64,000 bases of DNA from an uncultured Acidobacteriota bacterium. GTDB lineage: Bacteria; Acidobacteriota; Thermoanaerobaculia; Multivoradales; JAHEKO01. Position numbers and translations under genes: made by a program. Shown here piece by piece: positions 12,071 to 20,578 of the stretch (the stretch's first letter is position 1; each line of letters starts with the position of its first letter). The notes beneath the pieces were generated by a model. The model did no database searches. It saw nothing but the letters and a program-made list of their open reading frames with translations, and was not told the origin of the DNA. Location: positions 992,001 to 1,056,000 of the forward strand of contig CAVQNG010000003.1 of NCBI GenBank assembly GCA_963713825.1, written 5' to 3'.

Positions 12071-13563
12071 GGCTCGCTCCCTGCACTGTCGATCGAAGAG
12101 GAGATGACCTCGGCTTCCTCTTTCGGAGTGTTGTCGGGATTGGGGGGACCCCATCCGCCGCCGAGGGCTCGGTTGAGGGCGATCAGGTTCTGTACCACCT
12201 GGCCCTCGGACTCGGCCCAGGAATCCTGCTGGCTGGCCAGTGTCCTTTGAGCGTCGAGTAGGTTGAGGAAATCCGTCAATCCCGACATGTACTGGGTGCG
12301 GACCAACTCGACCGTTCGATTGCTGGCGTCCACGGCCTCGTAGAGACGGTCCCGGCGCTCCTTCTCGCGCTCATAGGCCACCATCGTGCTCTCGACCTCG
12401 TCCAGGGCGAACAGCACGGTCTGCTCATACGCGAAGAGGAGCTGTTGGGTCACGGCTTCCTGGACCCGGATGTTGTTGCGAATCTTGCCGCCGGAGAAGA
12501 TGTTCCAGCGCAGGCCCGGCACCAGCGACCAGGTGGTGCTGCCGCTGTCGAACAGGTCACTACTGTCGACGGACTCCAGGGCCAGGATTCCGGCCAGTGA
12601 GAAGGTCGGATAGAGGTCGGCCTTTGCCACCCCGATGAGAGCTGTTTGAGACGCGAGCTGCCGCTCGGCGGCTCGAATGTCCGGCCGGCGTCGCAGGAGA
12701 TCCGCCGGAATGCCCAGCGTCACGCCCTCGTCCGGATCGGGAATGGTGGACTCTCCGGTCAGCAGATCGTCGACGGCCCCGGGTGGCTTGCCCAGCAAGA
12801 CCGCCAGGCGGTTGGTTGCCGCAGCGAGCCTGGATTCGAGGGCTGGAATTGCAGCCTGCGAGTTGGCCAGGTTGTATTCGGCCTGGGTGACATCGGTCAG
12901 CGGGCTCAAACCGGCATCGAATCGATCTCGGGTGAGCTGCAGACTGCCTGCCTGAGCCTCGACGTTGGCTCTACCGTACTTGATGCGGTCCTGCAAAGTT
13001 CGGACTTCGATGTAGTTGGCGGCCACGTCGGCCATCAGGACCACCATGACGTCGCGGTAATCCTCGATGGAGGCCTCGAGTCCGGCCCTGGCCGACTCGG
13101 CTCCCCGGCGCAAGCGACCGAAGACATCGATCTCCCAGTTGAAGCCGACGCCGATGTTGTAGAGATCGAAGGGCTCGAACCCCCCTGGAGGCACAACGAA
13201 GGAGCTGTTCTCGCTGAGATCCTGACGCGAATAGGCAGCATCCAGGACTACATCGGGGTAGTAGCGGCCGGTGGCGATCCCCAATCGGGCTCGCGCTTCC
13301 TCAACCCGCGCCGCCGCGACCTGCAACGACAGGTTCTCTAGCCGCGCCTCGTGGATGAGCTCGAGGAGCTTCGGGTCGTTGAGAGTCGTCCACCATGTCT
13401 CCAAGGGTGAGCCGACTTCTTCGATCTCCTCTGCCGCCGCAGACTTCCAGGCATCCGGAACCTCCTGCTCCAGCGGCGGCGGCTCGTAGTTGGGACCCAC
13501 GGTGCAACCGACAAGGGCCACAAGTGACACGATGAAGATGAATACAGAGAGGTTCTTATTCAC
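12067..13563 (-). CDS. Outer membrane efflux lipoprotein (NodT/OprM family)
   Basis: Motifs GCTVGPNY, WEIDVFG, PADLLRRRPDIRAAE, LNRALGGGW. Confidence 0.92.
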   Translation of the reverse strand: MNKNLSVFIFIVSLVALVGCTVGPNYEPPPLEQEVPDAWKSAAAEEIEEVGSPLETWWTTLNDPKLLELIHEARLENLSLQVAAARVEEARARLGIATGRYYPDVVLDAAYSRQDLSENSSFVVPPGGFEPFDLYNIGVGFNWEIDVFGRLRRGAESARAGLEASIEDYRDVMVVLMADVAANYIEVRTLQDRIKYGRANVEAQAGSLQLTRDRFDAGLSPLTDVTQAEYNLANSQAAIPALESRLAAATNRLAVLLGKPPGAVDDLLTGESTIPDPDEGVTLGIPADLLRRRPDIRAAERQLASQTALIGVAKADLYPTFSLAGILALESVDSSDLFDSGSTTWSLVPGLRWNIFSGGKIRNNIRVQEAVTQQLLFAYEQTVLFALDEVESTMVAYEREKERRDRLYEAVDASNRTVELVRTQYMSGLTDFLNLLDAQRTLASQQDSWAESEGQVVQNLIALNRALGGGWGPPNPDNTPKEEAEVISSSIDSAGSEP

Positions 13564-13742
13564 GGCTAGCTACCCTACCACCTTGGTGGCGTCAGGATTC
13601 TCCACCACTCGTCTTTCGGGAGTGCTCCATTTCCAGAGACACCAACCTGGCGAGGACCACCGCCAGATAGAGCTGGGCGAGCAGGGCATTTCTGTCGTCT
13701 CAATCGATCGGTGGGTCGAAGCAGCTCTTCTCCTGACTATCC

Positions 13743-14564
13743 CTACTCGCCTTCAGTGCCAAAGCCGACCTGGAGCGAGCCGCTTTCGTCTCGCAGCTCC
13801 AGTCTCTCGGGCGTCAGGCTGAAGGTGCCCGCCCGCCCGAGGGCTTCGAAGAACTGCTGCTCCTGGTCCATGACTCCCTCGGGCTCCTCGCAGAACATAC
13901 GGGTAGCCGCGGCGGGCCCGATGGTGATCTGGTCACCGTCGATCTCGTAGGTGGCCGTGAACTGATTGCAGCCACCTGTGCCGCTGAGCTGGCCTTCTGC
14001 GAACACCGCGGTCGACAAGGAAGTGGTCGCGGTCGAGACCACACCACCTTTGCCATTGTTGATGCCGGTGGCCTGCCACTCCGTGTTCTCGAGACTCGCA
14101 GGCTCGGTCGCCACGAACCTGAGAAGAGTCGCCGAGTCGGCATCTTGAAGTAGGAGGTGGTCGGCTTTCCGGTCTGCAGTCGCTACTTGACCGAGAAGTG
14201 CCAGGTAACGCTGCTCCTGAGCCATGATCTCCGGCGGGCAGGCCATCTGGGTCGAGCCCATCTCTGAGCCCAGAATCAGTTGATTCGCTTCTCCGAGACT
14301 GTACGTGCCGAAGTACCGGTTGCAGCCCGCGGTGCCTCCCAACTCGCCCCCAGTGAACGTCAAATCGACAGTTGTCTGGTCGAGTATCGGCGTCATCTCG
14401 CCGGACTCGATCTGGAGCTCGACGAGGCGCCAGAGAATACCCTCGAACTCGGGCTGATTCATGGTCTCGGTTTCCTGCGAAGCAGTAGGGGCGGTCTCGC
14501 TACCGCAGGCGGCACCCATCACGCAGACTGCGGCCAACATCACCATCAAGGATAGGTGTTTCAT
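13743..14564 (-). CDS. Lipoprotein with two META domains (HslJ-like)
   Basis: Lipobox AAC. Two repeats of G.(A/G)GCN.(Y/F)..Y..T.M.C..MxQEQ. Confidence 0.85.
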   Translation of the reverse strand: MKHLSLMVMLAAVCVMGAACGSETAPTASQETETMNQPEFEGILWRLVELQIESGEMTPILDQTTVDLTFTGGELGGTAGCNRYFGTYSLGEANQLILGSEMGSTQMACPPEIMAQEQRYLALLGQVATADRKADHLLLQDADSATLLRFVATEPASLENTEWQATGINNGKGGVVSTATTSLSTAVFAEGQLSGTGGCNQFTATYEIDGDQITIGPAAATRMFCEEPEGVMDQEQQFFEALGRAGTFSLTPERLELRDESGSLQVGFGTEGE

Positions 14565-14753
14565 GAACGTTCTCTCCTCCACAACGAAATCGTCGAACTG
14601 GATCCAAGACTCGCCGTAGGTCTCGGCAAGGCGCGTCCACCGGCTAGTCTACTGCGAGCTTCTCCCTGATCGATGCCAGCGGATGAGGCAGCTACCTACG
14701 CTCACCGACGGGGAGGGATGTCTTGGCAGGCTCGAGAGGATAGAGTTTGGAGA

Positions 14754-15462
14754 ATGACTGACAAGAACGACAGCCACGATTTCGTCATGCCGGAGGCCGA
14801 GCTGCTGCGAGGCTCTGACGACCTGCTGGCCGACTTCGACCGCGGCGTGACGGTCTTCAACGAATTCGTCACCGGATGCCGGAATCTCTTCGACATCGGC
14901 ACCGCTGTGACCGTTTTCGGTTCAGCGCGCTTCGACGAGAGCCACCGCTATTACAAACTGGCGCGGAAGCTGGGCCGGGAGTTGGCTGGCGCAGGCTACA
15001 CAGTGCTTACCGGAGGTGGTCCCGGCATCATGGCGGCGGCCAATCGGGGCGCCCAGGAGGGTGGGGGCTTGAGTGTCGGCTGCAATATCACCCTGCCGCA
15101 TGAGCAGGCCCCCAATGCCTACCTGGACCGCTGCATCGAGTTCGACCATTTCTTCGTGCGCAAGGTGATGCTGGTCAAGTACTCGTCGGCCTTCGTCTTC
15201 ATGCCGGGAGGATTCGGTACCCTGGACGAGATGTTCGAGACGATCACGTTGATCCAGACCGGCAAGATGGAGACGGTTCCCGCTGGTGGCCATGGGCCAG
15301 GACTATTGGGACGAGCTTCTGGACTTCATTCAGAAGAGAATGCTGCGAGAAAAGACCATCAACGAGGGCGAGGTGGCGGTTTTCGCGACCGATTCTCCCG
15401 CCGAGGCGGTGTCCCATATCGACAGTGTCGTAAAGAACTCAGTAGGCGTCGAAGGGGACTGA
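14754..15462 (+). CDS. LOG family / TIGR00730 Rossmann-fold protein; frameshift near 15272
   Basis: Motifs VTVFGSAR, TGGGPGIM.AANRGA, FFVRKVMLVKYS, PGGFGTLDE. The C-terminus FPLVAMGQDYW lies in another frame. Confidence 0.88.
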
Positions 15463-15496
15463 GACAGCGCCTCGAGCGAAGGGCAAAGGAGTAGCG

Positions 15497-16306
15497 ATGA
15501 GCAAGAAGAAGGACGACAAGAAGGGAGCCAAGCTCGACCGCAAGACGTTCGACAAAGAGCTCAAGAAGCTCCAAACGGAGCTGGTGAAGCTCCAGGAGTG
15601 GGTCAAGCACGAAGGACTCAAGGTCGTCGTGGTCTTCGAGGGCCGTGATGCCGCCGGCAAAGGCGGGGTGATCAAGCGGATCATGGAGCGGGTGAGTTCA
15701 AGGGTCTTTCGAGTCGTCGCCCTGCCAGCGCCCAGCGATAGGGAGAAGACTCAGTTCTACTACCAGCGCTATCTAACGCATCTGCCAGCGGCGGGCGAGG
15801 TCGTGCTCTTCGACCGCAGTTGGTACAACCGCGCCGGTGTCGAGCGGGTCATGGGTTTCTGCACGGACAAGCAGTATGAACAGTTCATGCAGACCTGCCC
15901 CGGTTGGGAACGTGCTCTGGTGGAATCGGGGATCATCCTCATCAAGTACTGGTTGACGGTCGACAACGAGGAGCAGGCGAAGCGATTCCAGGAGAGGATC
16001 GAGGATCCCCGGAAGCACTGGAAGCTCAGCCCGATGGACGTCGAGGCGAGGAGCAAGTGGTACGACTACGCCCGCGCCAGGGACGCGATGTTCGATGCCA
16101 CGGACACCGCATGGGCGCCCTGGTATGTCGTTGACTCCAACGACCAGCGGAGGGGTAGGCTCAACTGCATTTCACATTTGCTGGGCCTGATTCCATACAA
16201 GGATCTGCCGCACGAAGAAGTTGAGCTGCCACCGCGCGGCAAGAAAGATGCCTACGACGACGAGGCGGCTCTCGAGACGAGGACGTGGGTGCCGGAGGAG
16301 TACTAG
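15497..16306 (+). CDS. ppk2: Polyphosphate kinase 2
   Basis: Motifs FEGRDAAGKGG, FDRSWYNRAGVERVMGF, WKLSPMD. Confidence 0.95.
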   Translation: MSKKKDDKKGAKLDRKTFDKELKKLQTELVKLQEWVKHEGLKVVVVFEGRDAAGKGGVIKRIMERVSSRVFRVVALPAPSDREKTQFYYQRYLTHLPAAGEVVLFDRSWYNRAGVERVMGFCTDKQYEQFMQTCPGWERALVESGIILIKYWLTVDNEEQAKRFQERIEDPRKHWKLSPMDVEARSKWYDYARARDAMFDATDTAWAPWYVVDSNDQRRGRLNCISHLLGLIPYKDLPHEEVELPPRGKKDAYDDEAALETRTWVPEEY

Positions 16307-16323
16307 GCGCCCAAGGCGCCTAG

Positions 16324-16487
16324 TAGGCTTGGGGCTTGGGTCCTGGGCAGTGGGAAGTGGGAAGTGAGTAGGGGCGTATAGGCGCAGGGGATATAGGGGA
16401 GGGGCTTGTCCCCTCCCGCTGTTCGGTGCCAGGGTCATTGGCCAGGAAGGGTTGAAGCGGCCGGCGCCCCTGCCGGCCGATCTCTGG
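16324..16487 (+). repeat. Composite intergenic repeat cluster: heptamer tandem, octamer tandem, GTAG-type REP-like hairpin, family-2 unit
   Basis: Six heptamers at 16324-16365 (GGGGCTT/GGGTCCT/GGGAAGT); TAGGGGCG-like octamers; ATAG-GGGAGGGG-CTTGT-CCCCTCCC at 16393-16417; GGGTTGAAGCGGCCGGCGCCCCTGCCGGCCG at 16449. Confidence 0.7.
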
Positions 16488-16499
16488 TGCATTGAAGTA

Positions 16500-17250
16500 A
16501 TGGGAAGCTACGAGAAATACGTTCCAGCCACCGAGTCCCGATCGGGAGTCTCGCTCATTTGGGTAGTGGCCGCTATCGCCATAGCAGGGGTAGCGGGCTC
16601 GGTGCTGATCTCGCAGAGAGCCAGAGAGGCCGAGCGGGCCGCGGTAGACAGCTTGGCGCGAGCAGAGCTTGCGTCCACAGAACTCGAGACCTGAAGCGGC
16701 CACTGTAACCAGTTCGCCGGTCAGTGTGGCTGGATCGCCCTACGCCAAGGATGCGCGCATCGTCGAGCTCGAGATGCAGCTCAGGGACAAGGAATTCGAG
16801 TTGTCGAGAAGAGGTCCGAGATCGAGTCCTTCGAGGTCGCGCGTAGGACAACTGCAGGAGGACTCGGAACGCTACAGAGCAGGGTTGGATCAGGCGGTGG
16901 CCGAGCTGAATGAGCTTCGCGCCGAGATCGGACGACTCGAAGGCCCGGCAAGAGCTACCCCTCAGGGACAAGCCGGTCCTCGACCGTCAGCTGGCGTGCA
17001 GCCGGTAGGGCCGCCCTACGTCACCATCAGTCCAATGGGCTTTGTAACGGTGAGCGGCTTCGTCAGTAACCCGACTCGCTATGCCTCCCGGGGCAAGCTG
17101 CAGGTCAGTCTGGTCGGTTCCGCCGGAGTCATTGAGACCCGTGATTTCCCCATGTACATCCCGCCGAACAAGCAGGAGCGCTACGACCTCACCTTTCCAG
17201 GGATCTTCCCGACGGAGCGCATTGCCGCTCAGGCAAGCTGGGTGCCGTAG
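16500..17250 (+). CDS. Hypothetical membrane-anchored coiled-coil protein with C-terminal beta-rich domain; frameshift near 16680
   Basis: N-terminal TM segment (ORF 16452) continues into ORF 16669..17250, which has heptad-like segments and an Ig-like tail. Confidence 0.55.
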
Positions 17251-17678
17251 TCGGCTTTTCCAGGCGTTCAGGTGTCCCTGATAGAGGACGAGTCTGGGGC
17301 TCGGTGACTGGGTACGAGGGTCTCAGCTTATCCGAGGCTGAGGCCCAGGTTGAAAGCCGAAGCGAGCAGGGTCAGCCACAGCAGGAACAGGGAGAACAAT
17401 GCCCAGTGACCGATGACGATCGGCTGTGACCTTCCGCCCTGGCCACTTGCGTCTTCTGAATCACGTGCTCATGGATCATGTCGGTTCTCCTTTCTCGCTG
17501 GTCGCGTTTACCTTCTCGTCATCTTCCTGATTGCATCTCTCGTGCCGGCTTTCGTCGTGGCCGATCACGAAGTGTCGCCTCCAGTAAGTAGGTGTCGGAA
17601 CCTGCGAGAAAGTTACAGTTCTCCGCGAGAAAAGGCAGTGGCGATAGGCGCCAATTCCTTGGCGCATGGCGCCAAGGA

Positions 17679-18106
17679 GGGTTGAGGCGCCCGGTCGTGC
17701 CTCCCGGTCGATCGTTGTAGCTTGGGGGTTGAGGAGTCCGTCGCTTGCTCCAGCCGATCCTCGAGGCAGTGGGGCTGGGGTCACACGGAAAAGACTCTCC
17801 AGCACGTGACCGTCCCTACAATTGGTTGAATACGGCCAATGGGTTGAATTTGGTAATTTGAATGTAGGTGAGGAGAGCCCACTGACCCAAGGATCGGCCG
17901 TTGGCCACTTTGGCCCTCGAGTTGTACATTTTGGGCGCTAAGAGGAGCCTTTTGGACGGTGGGCTGGCACAGCTATCGCCAGGTTCGCACAAGAGAAGGC
18001 GAGGGAGGGGGACCCACTGCCTCAAAGGCCGGTCGGCGAAGTCGCCGAGCGCTTCAACCCCCAAGCCCTCAAAGGTCGGCCGAAGGGACGCCGGCCGCTC
18101 CAACCC
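17679..18106. repeat. Inverted pair of family-2 doublets flanking a ~240-bp non-coding spacer (REPIN/MITE-like)
   Basis: 17679..17773 (+) and 18013..18106 (-) are homologous doublets in opposite orientation. Confidence 0.7.
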
Positions 18107-18115
18107 CCGCGGTCC

Positions 18116-19216
18116 TCAGCGTAGCTGCAGGACCGCCAGGATTCCGAAGTGATCCGACGGGTACATTCCGTCCTTGTCCAGGTTCAGCACCATTTCCGCT
18201 GAAACAACCTCGAAGTCGGGCGAGACGAAGATGTGGTCGATCTGCCTGGGAGTCGTGCTGCGGTGGGCGAGCAGCTCTTGAACCTCGGGCTTGTCGAAGG
18301 TGGGTAGAGGATCGTGCCTACGCGTGCCGATCCCATAGTTGACCTCGTTGGTGACCGGGTCCCAGGTATGAAAGTCGGGACCGGTTCCGGCTTCGACGAA
18401 CCCTGCTGCCTTGATGGCGGCGATTCCCGGAGTGGTCGGTTCGGCATTGAAGTCGCCACCCAGAATCACCGGAACGTCGGAGCCGAGGCGGGATCGGCGC
18501 TTCTCGATCTCTTGAACAAGGAGCTTTGCCTCGCCCGTGGCCCGCTGGACCTTCTGCTCACGAGCAGCGAGGATCTCGTCCCGCTGTGCTGGTTCCAGGA
18601 TCCCCTGCTCGACGAGCTGATCGAGATCCTCGTCGAAGCTCGGGAGTACGAAGGGGGCGGAAAAGAGGTGAGCTGTAGTCACGAGGACTTTCTTGCCGTT
18701 CACCGTAATCTCGCCAAACAGGGCATAGCGAGATTCCTTGGTCTGAAAGCCCCAGGTGGCACTGCACGTAGCGTTGCCACTCAGACGCTTCTTGCCAACG
18801 CGGCGTAACCCCAGCTCGGGTTTGGCGAGGATCGCGATGCCCTCGTTCATGTTCTTCGGAATCTTGTAGATGCCACCGAGATGGAGACCACAACTCGTGA
18901 CCTTGTGGATCTCGTCGTACCCGAGCTGCTCCGCGTACCAGCGGGCCAGTGGTTGATTCGGATTGACTTCTTGAAAAAAGAGCAGGTCGGGGTCGAGCCG
19001 CTTCAGCTCCTCGATCTGCCAGGCCAGCCGACGCTCCTTGCGCTCCGGATCCTCTCCGGGAAAGCGCTTGTTGCTCTCGCCACTCCGCAGCCCGTGCCAG
19101 ACATTGAAGGTGATCGCCTCGAGGGTCGGCCCCGAGGCATCCTGTGCTCTCGTGGCCACAGGAGCCAGCACCACTACAGCAAGGAGTAGGCAGATCAGAG
19201 TTGTAGCTCTCGACAT
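18116..19216 (-). CDS. Secreted endonuclease/exonuclease/phosphatase (EEP) family protein
   Basis: Signal peptide; TFNVWHG, FQEV, ILGGDFNA, QIDHIFVS, PSDHFG. Confidence 0.88.
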   Translation of the reverse strand: MSRATTLICLLLAVVVLAPVATRAQDASGPTLEAITFNVWHGLRSGESNKRFPGEDPERKERRLAWQIEELKRLDPDLLFFQEVNPNQPLARWYAEQLGYDEIHKVTSCGLHLGGIYKIPKNMNEGIAILAKPELGLRRVGKKRLSGNATCSATWGFQTKESRYALFGEITVNGKKVLVTTAHLFSAPFVLPSFDEDLDQLVEQGILEPAQRDEILAAREQKVQRATGEAKLLVQEIEKRRSRLGSDVPVILGGDFNAEPTTPGIAAIKAAGFVEAGTGPDFHTWDPVTNEVNYGIGTRRHDPLPTFDKPEVQELLAHRSTTPRQIDHIFVSPDFEVVSAEMVLNLDKDGMYPSDHFGILAVLQLR

Positions 19217-19332
19217 GGTCTCACCTCGATCTCGGTTCGATGTCTGGGGGCTCTGCTGCCCCATTGTAGTCTCGAATGTCCTCTGGAACCCCAGGCCCAT
19301 GAAAGACTGGCCCTATTCCGGTCGGGCGGCAC

Positions 19333-20115
19333 CTAGTCAACGACGCGCGGCAGGACGCCGCCGGGTCTACCGAAATGCGGTACGGCGTCCGAGGCCTTTC
19401 GAGGATCGACAAACCTCTGCTGAGAAGGGCTGTAGTAGAGGCAGCCGATCTCGTCGGACGGTCTGGAATCCACGAATGGCTCCACCGAATCGAGGGCCTC
19501 CAGCCACAGTCGTTTCATCTCGTGGAGGTCGATCGGCTCTGCGAGATCGAGTCGTGCGAGGTCCTCGTCTCGAACCCGCCCGCGCCTTCGCAGCAACTCC
19601 AGAAGGGAGAGCGGAGTGAACCCAGGGTCCTTGCCACAGGCAGCCCAGCAGAGTGCGCCGAGAACGAGGACATGCTCGTGTAGGTACAGCGCGTCCACGA
19701 CATCGCGCGGCTCATCGCGGCCACCGAGCGCCAGCACCTTATTGACAGCGAGATCGACTGGATGGAGTACGAAGCCAACCCGATCGTCCCGAACCGTGGG
19801 CATGAACCGCCATGCCGAGTCACGTGCCCACTCGATCTTGGCGGCGTGTTCTTCTTTGCGAACGACGGCGCGTACGAAGCCGGGTTGATTCAAGTCCACC
19901 TCGAGGGAGTGCCCATCGTCTTCGAGCAAGACTCGGTCAGCGGCATAGGCCTCCGCGACTCGTACCTCGGAGTCGTGAAAGTAGTCGAGGTCGCGGCTGA
20001 AGCGAGTCGTGCTCGGCTCGATCAGAATGGCGGCGCCACCCGCCAGGTACGAATCAAAGGACCGGTTCTCAGAGAGCAACCGGGTGAGTTTTGCTTGGTA
20101 GTCAGTTAGTGGCAC
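19333..20115 (-). CDS. AbiEii-like nucleotidyltransferase (putative toxin)
   Basis: YLAGGAA..RFSRDLDYF, NKVLAL.GR.EPRD..D. Overlaps the upstream small gene. Confidence 0.75.
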   Translation of the reverse strand: MPLTDYQAKLTRLLSENRSFDSYLAGGAAILIEPSTTRFSRDLDYFHDSEVRVAEAYAADRVLLEDDGHSLEVDLNQPGFVRAVVRKEEHAAKIEWARDSAWRFMPTVRDDRVGFVLHPVDLAVNKVLALGGRDEPRDVVDALYLHEHVLVLGALCWAACGKDPGFTPLSLLELLRRRGRVRDEDLARLDLAEPIDLHEMKRLWLEALDSVEPFVDSRPSDEIGCLYYSPSQQRFVDPRKASDAVPHFGRPGGVLPRVVD

Positions 20116-20372
20116 AGCTTCTCCGCAGCTTCCCAGGCGTCACGCCCACCGTGCCTGCGAAGCTGGTCTGCCACCCAGGCGACGTCCGATGCGCCAATTC
20201 GATAGTCGGGATCGAAGGACCAGAAGCACTCGGGATGAAATCGCCGGTACATCCGACGCGCCTCTCGCACTCGGACCATGGCACGCGCCGTTTCGGGGTC
20301 CAGAGCCCGGCGACTCTTCCGGCCGCCACGTCGCCCGATCTCGGCGAGATACTCTTTCACCTTGCTCTCCAT
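20106..20372 (-). CDS. Small putative antitoxin partner
   Basis: 88 aa with YLAEIGRRGGRKS and CFWSFDP..VADQLRRHGG. Translationally coupled to the NTase gene. Confidence 0.65.
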   Translation of the reverse strand: MESKVKEYLAEIGRRGGRKSRRALDPETARAMVRVREARRMYRRFHPECFWSFDPDYRIGASDVAWVADQLRRHGGRDAWEAAEKLCH

Positions 20373-20377
20373 GTCAA

Positions 20378-20398
20378 TATCATAACCCGCTTATGATA
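20378..20398. promoter_or_regulatory. Perfect palindromic operator TATCATAA-N5-TTATGATA overlapping a -10-like hexamer
   Basis: 8-bp perfect AT-rich inverted repeat. On the minus strand TATGAT lies 6 nt before the ATG, suggesting a leaderless transcript. Confidence 0.6.
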
Positions 20399-20578
20399 GG
20401 AATTCAAAGCCTAGAGTCTTCAGCGATGGGTTTTCGAACGGGGTCGCAGAAGCAGGTATCGTCCCGATGCCGTTGCGGAAATATCGCACCTCGGGCGCGG
20501 CCCAGCAGTTGCATGACGACCTGGGTGAGGCTTTGCGCGGGTCTGGAGTCGGGTGTGTCGCGTGCTTATGCTTATCGA

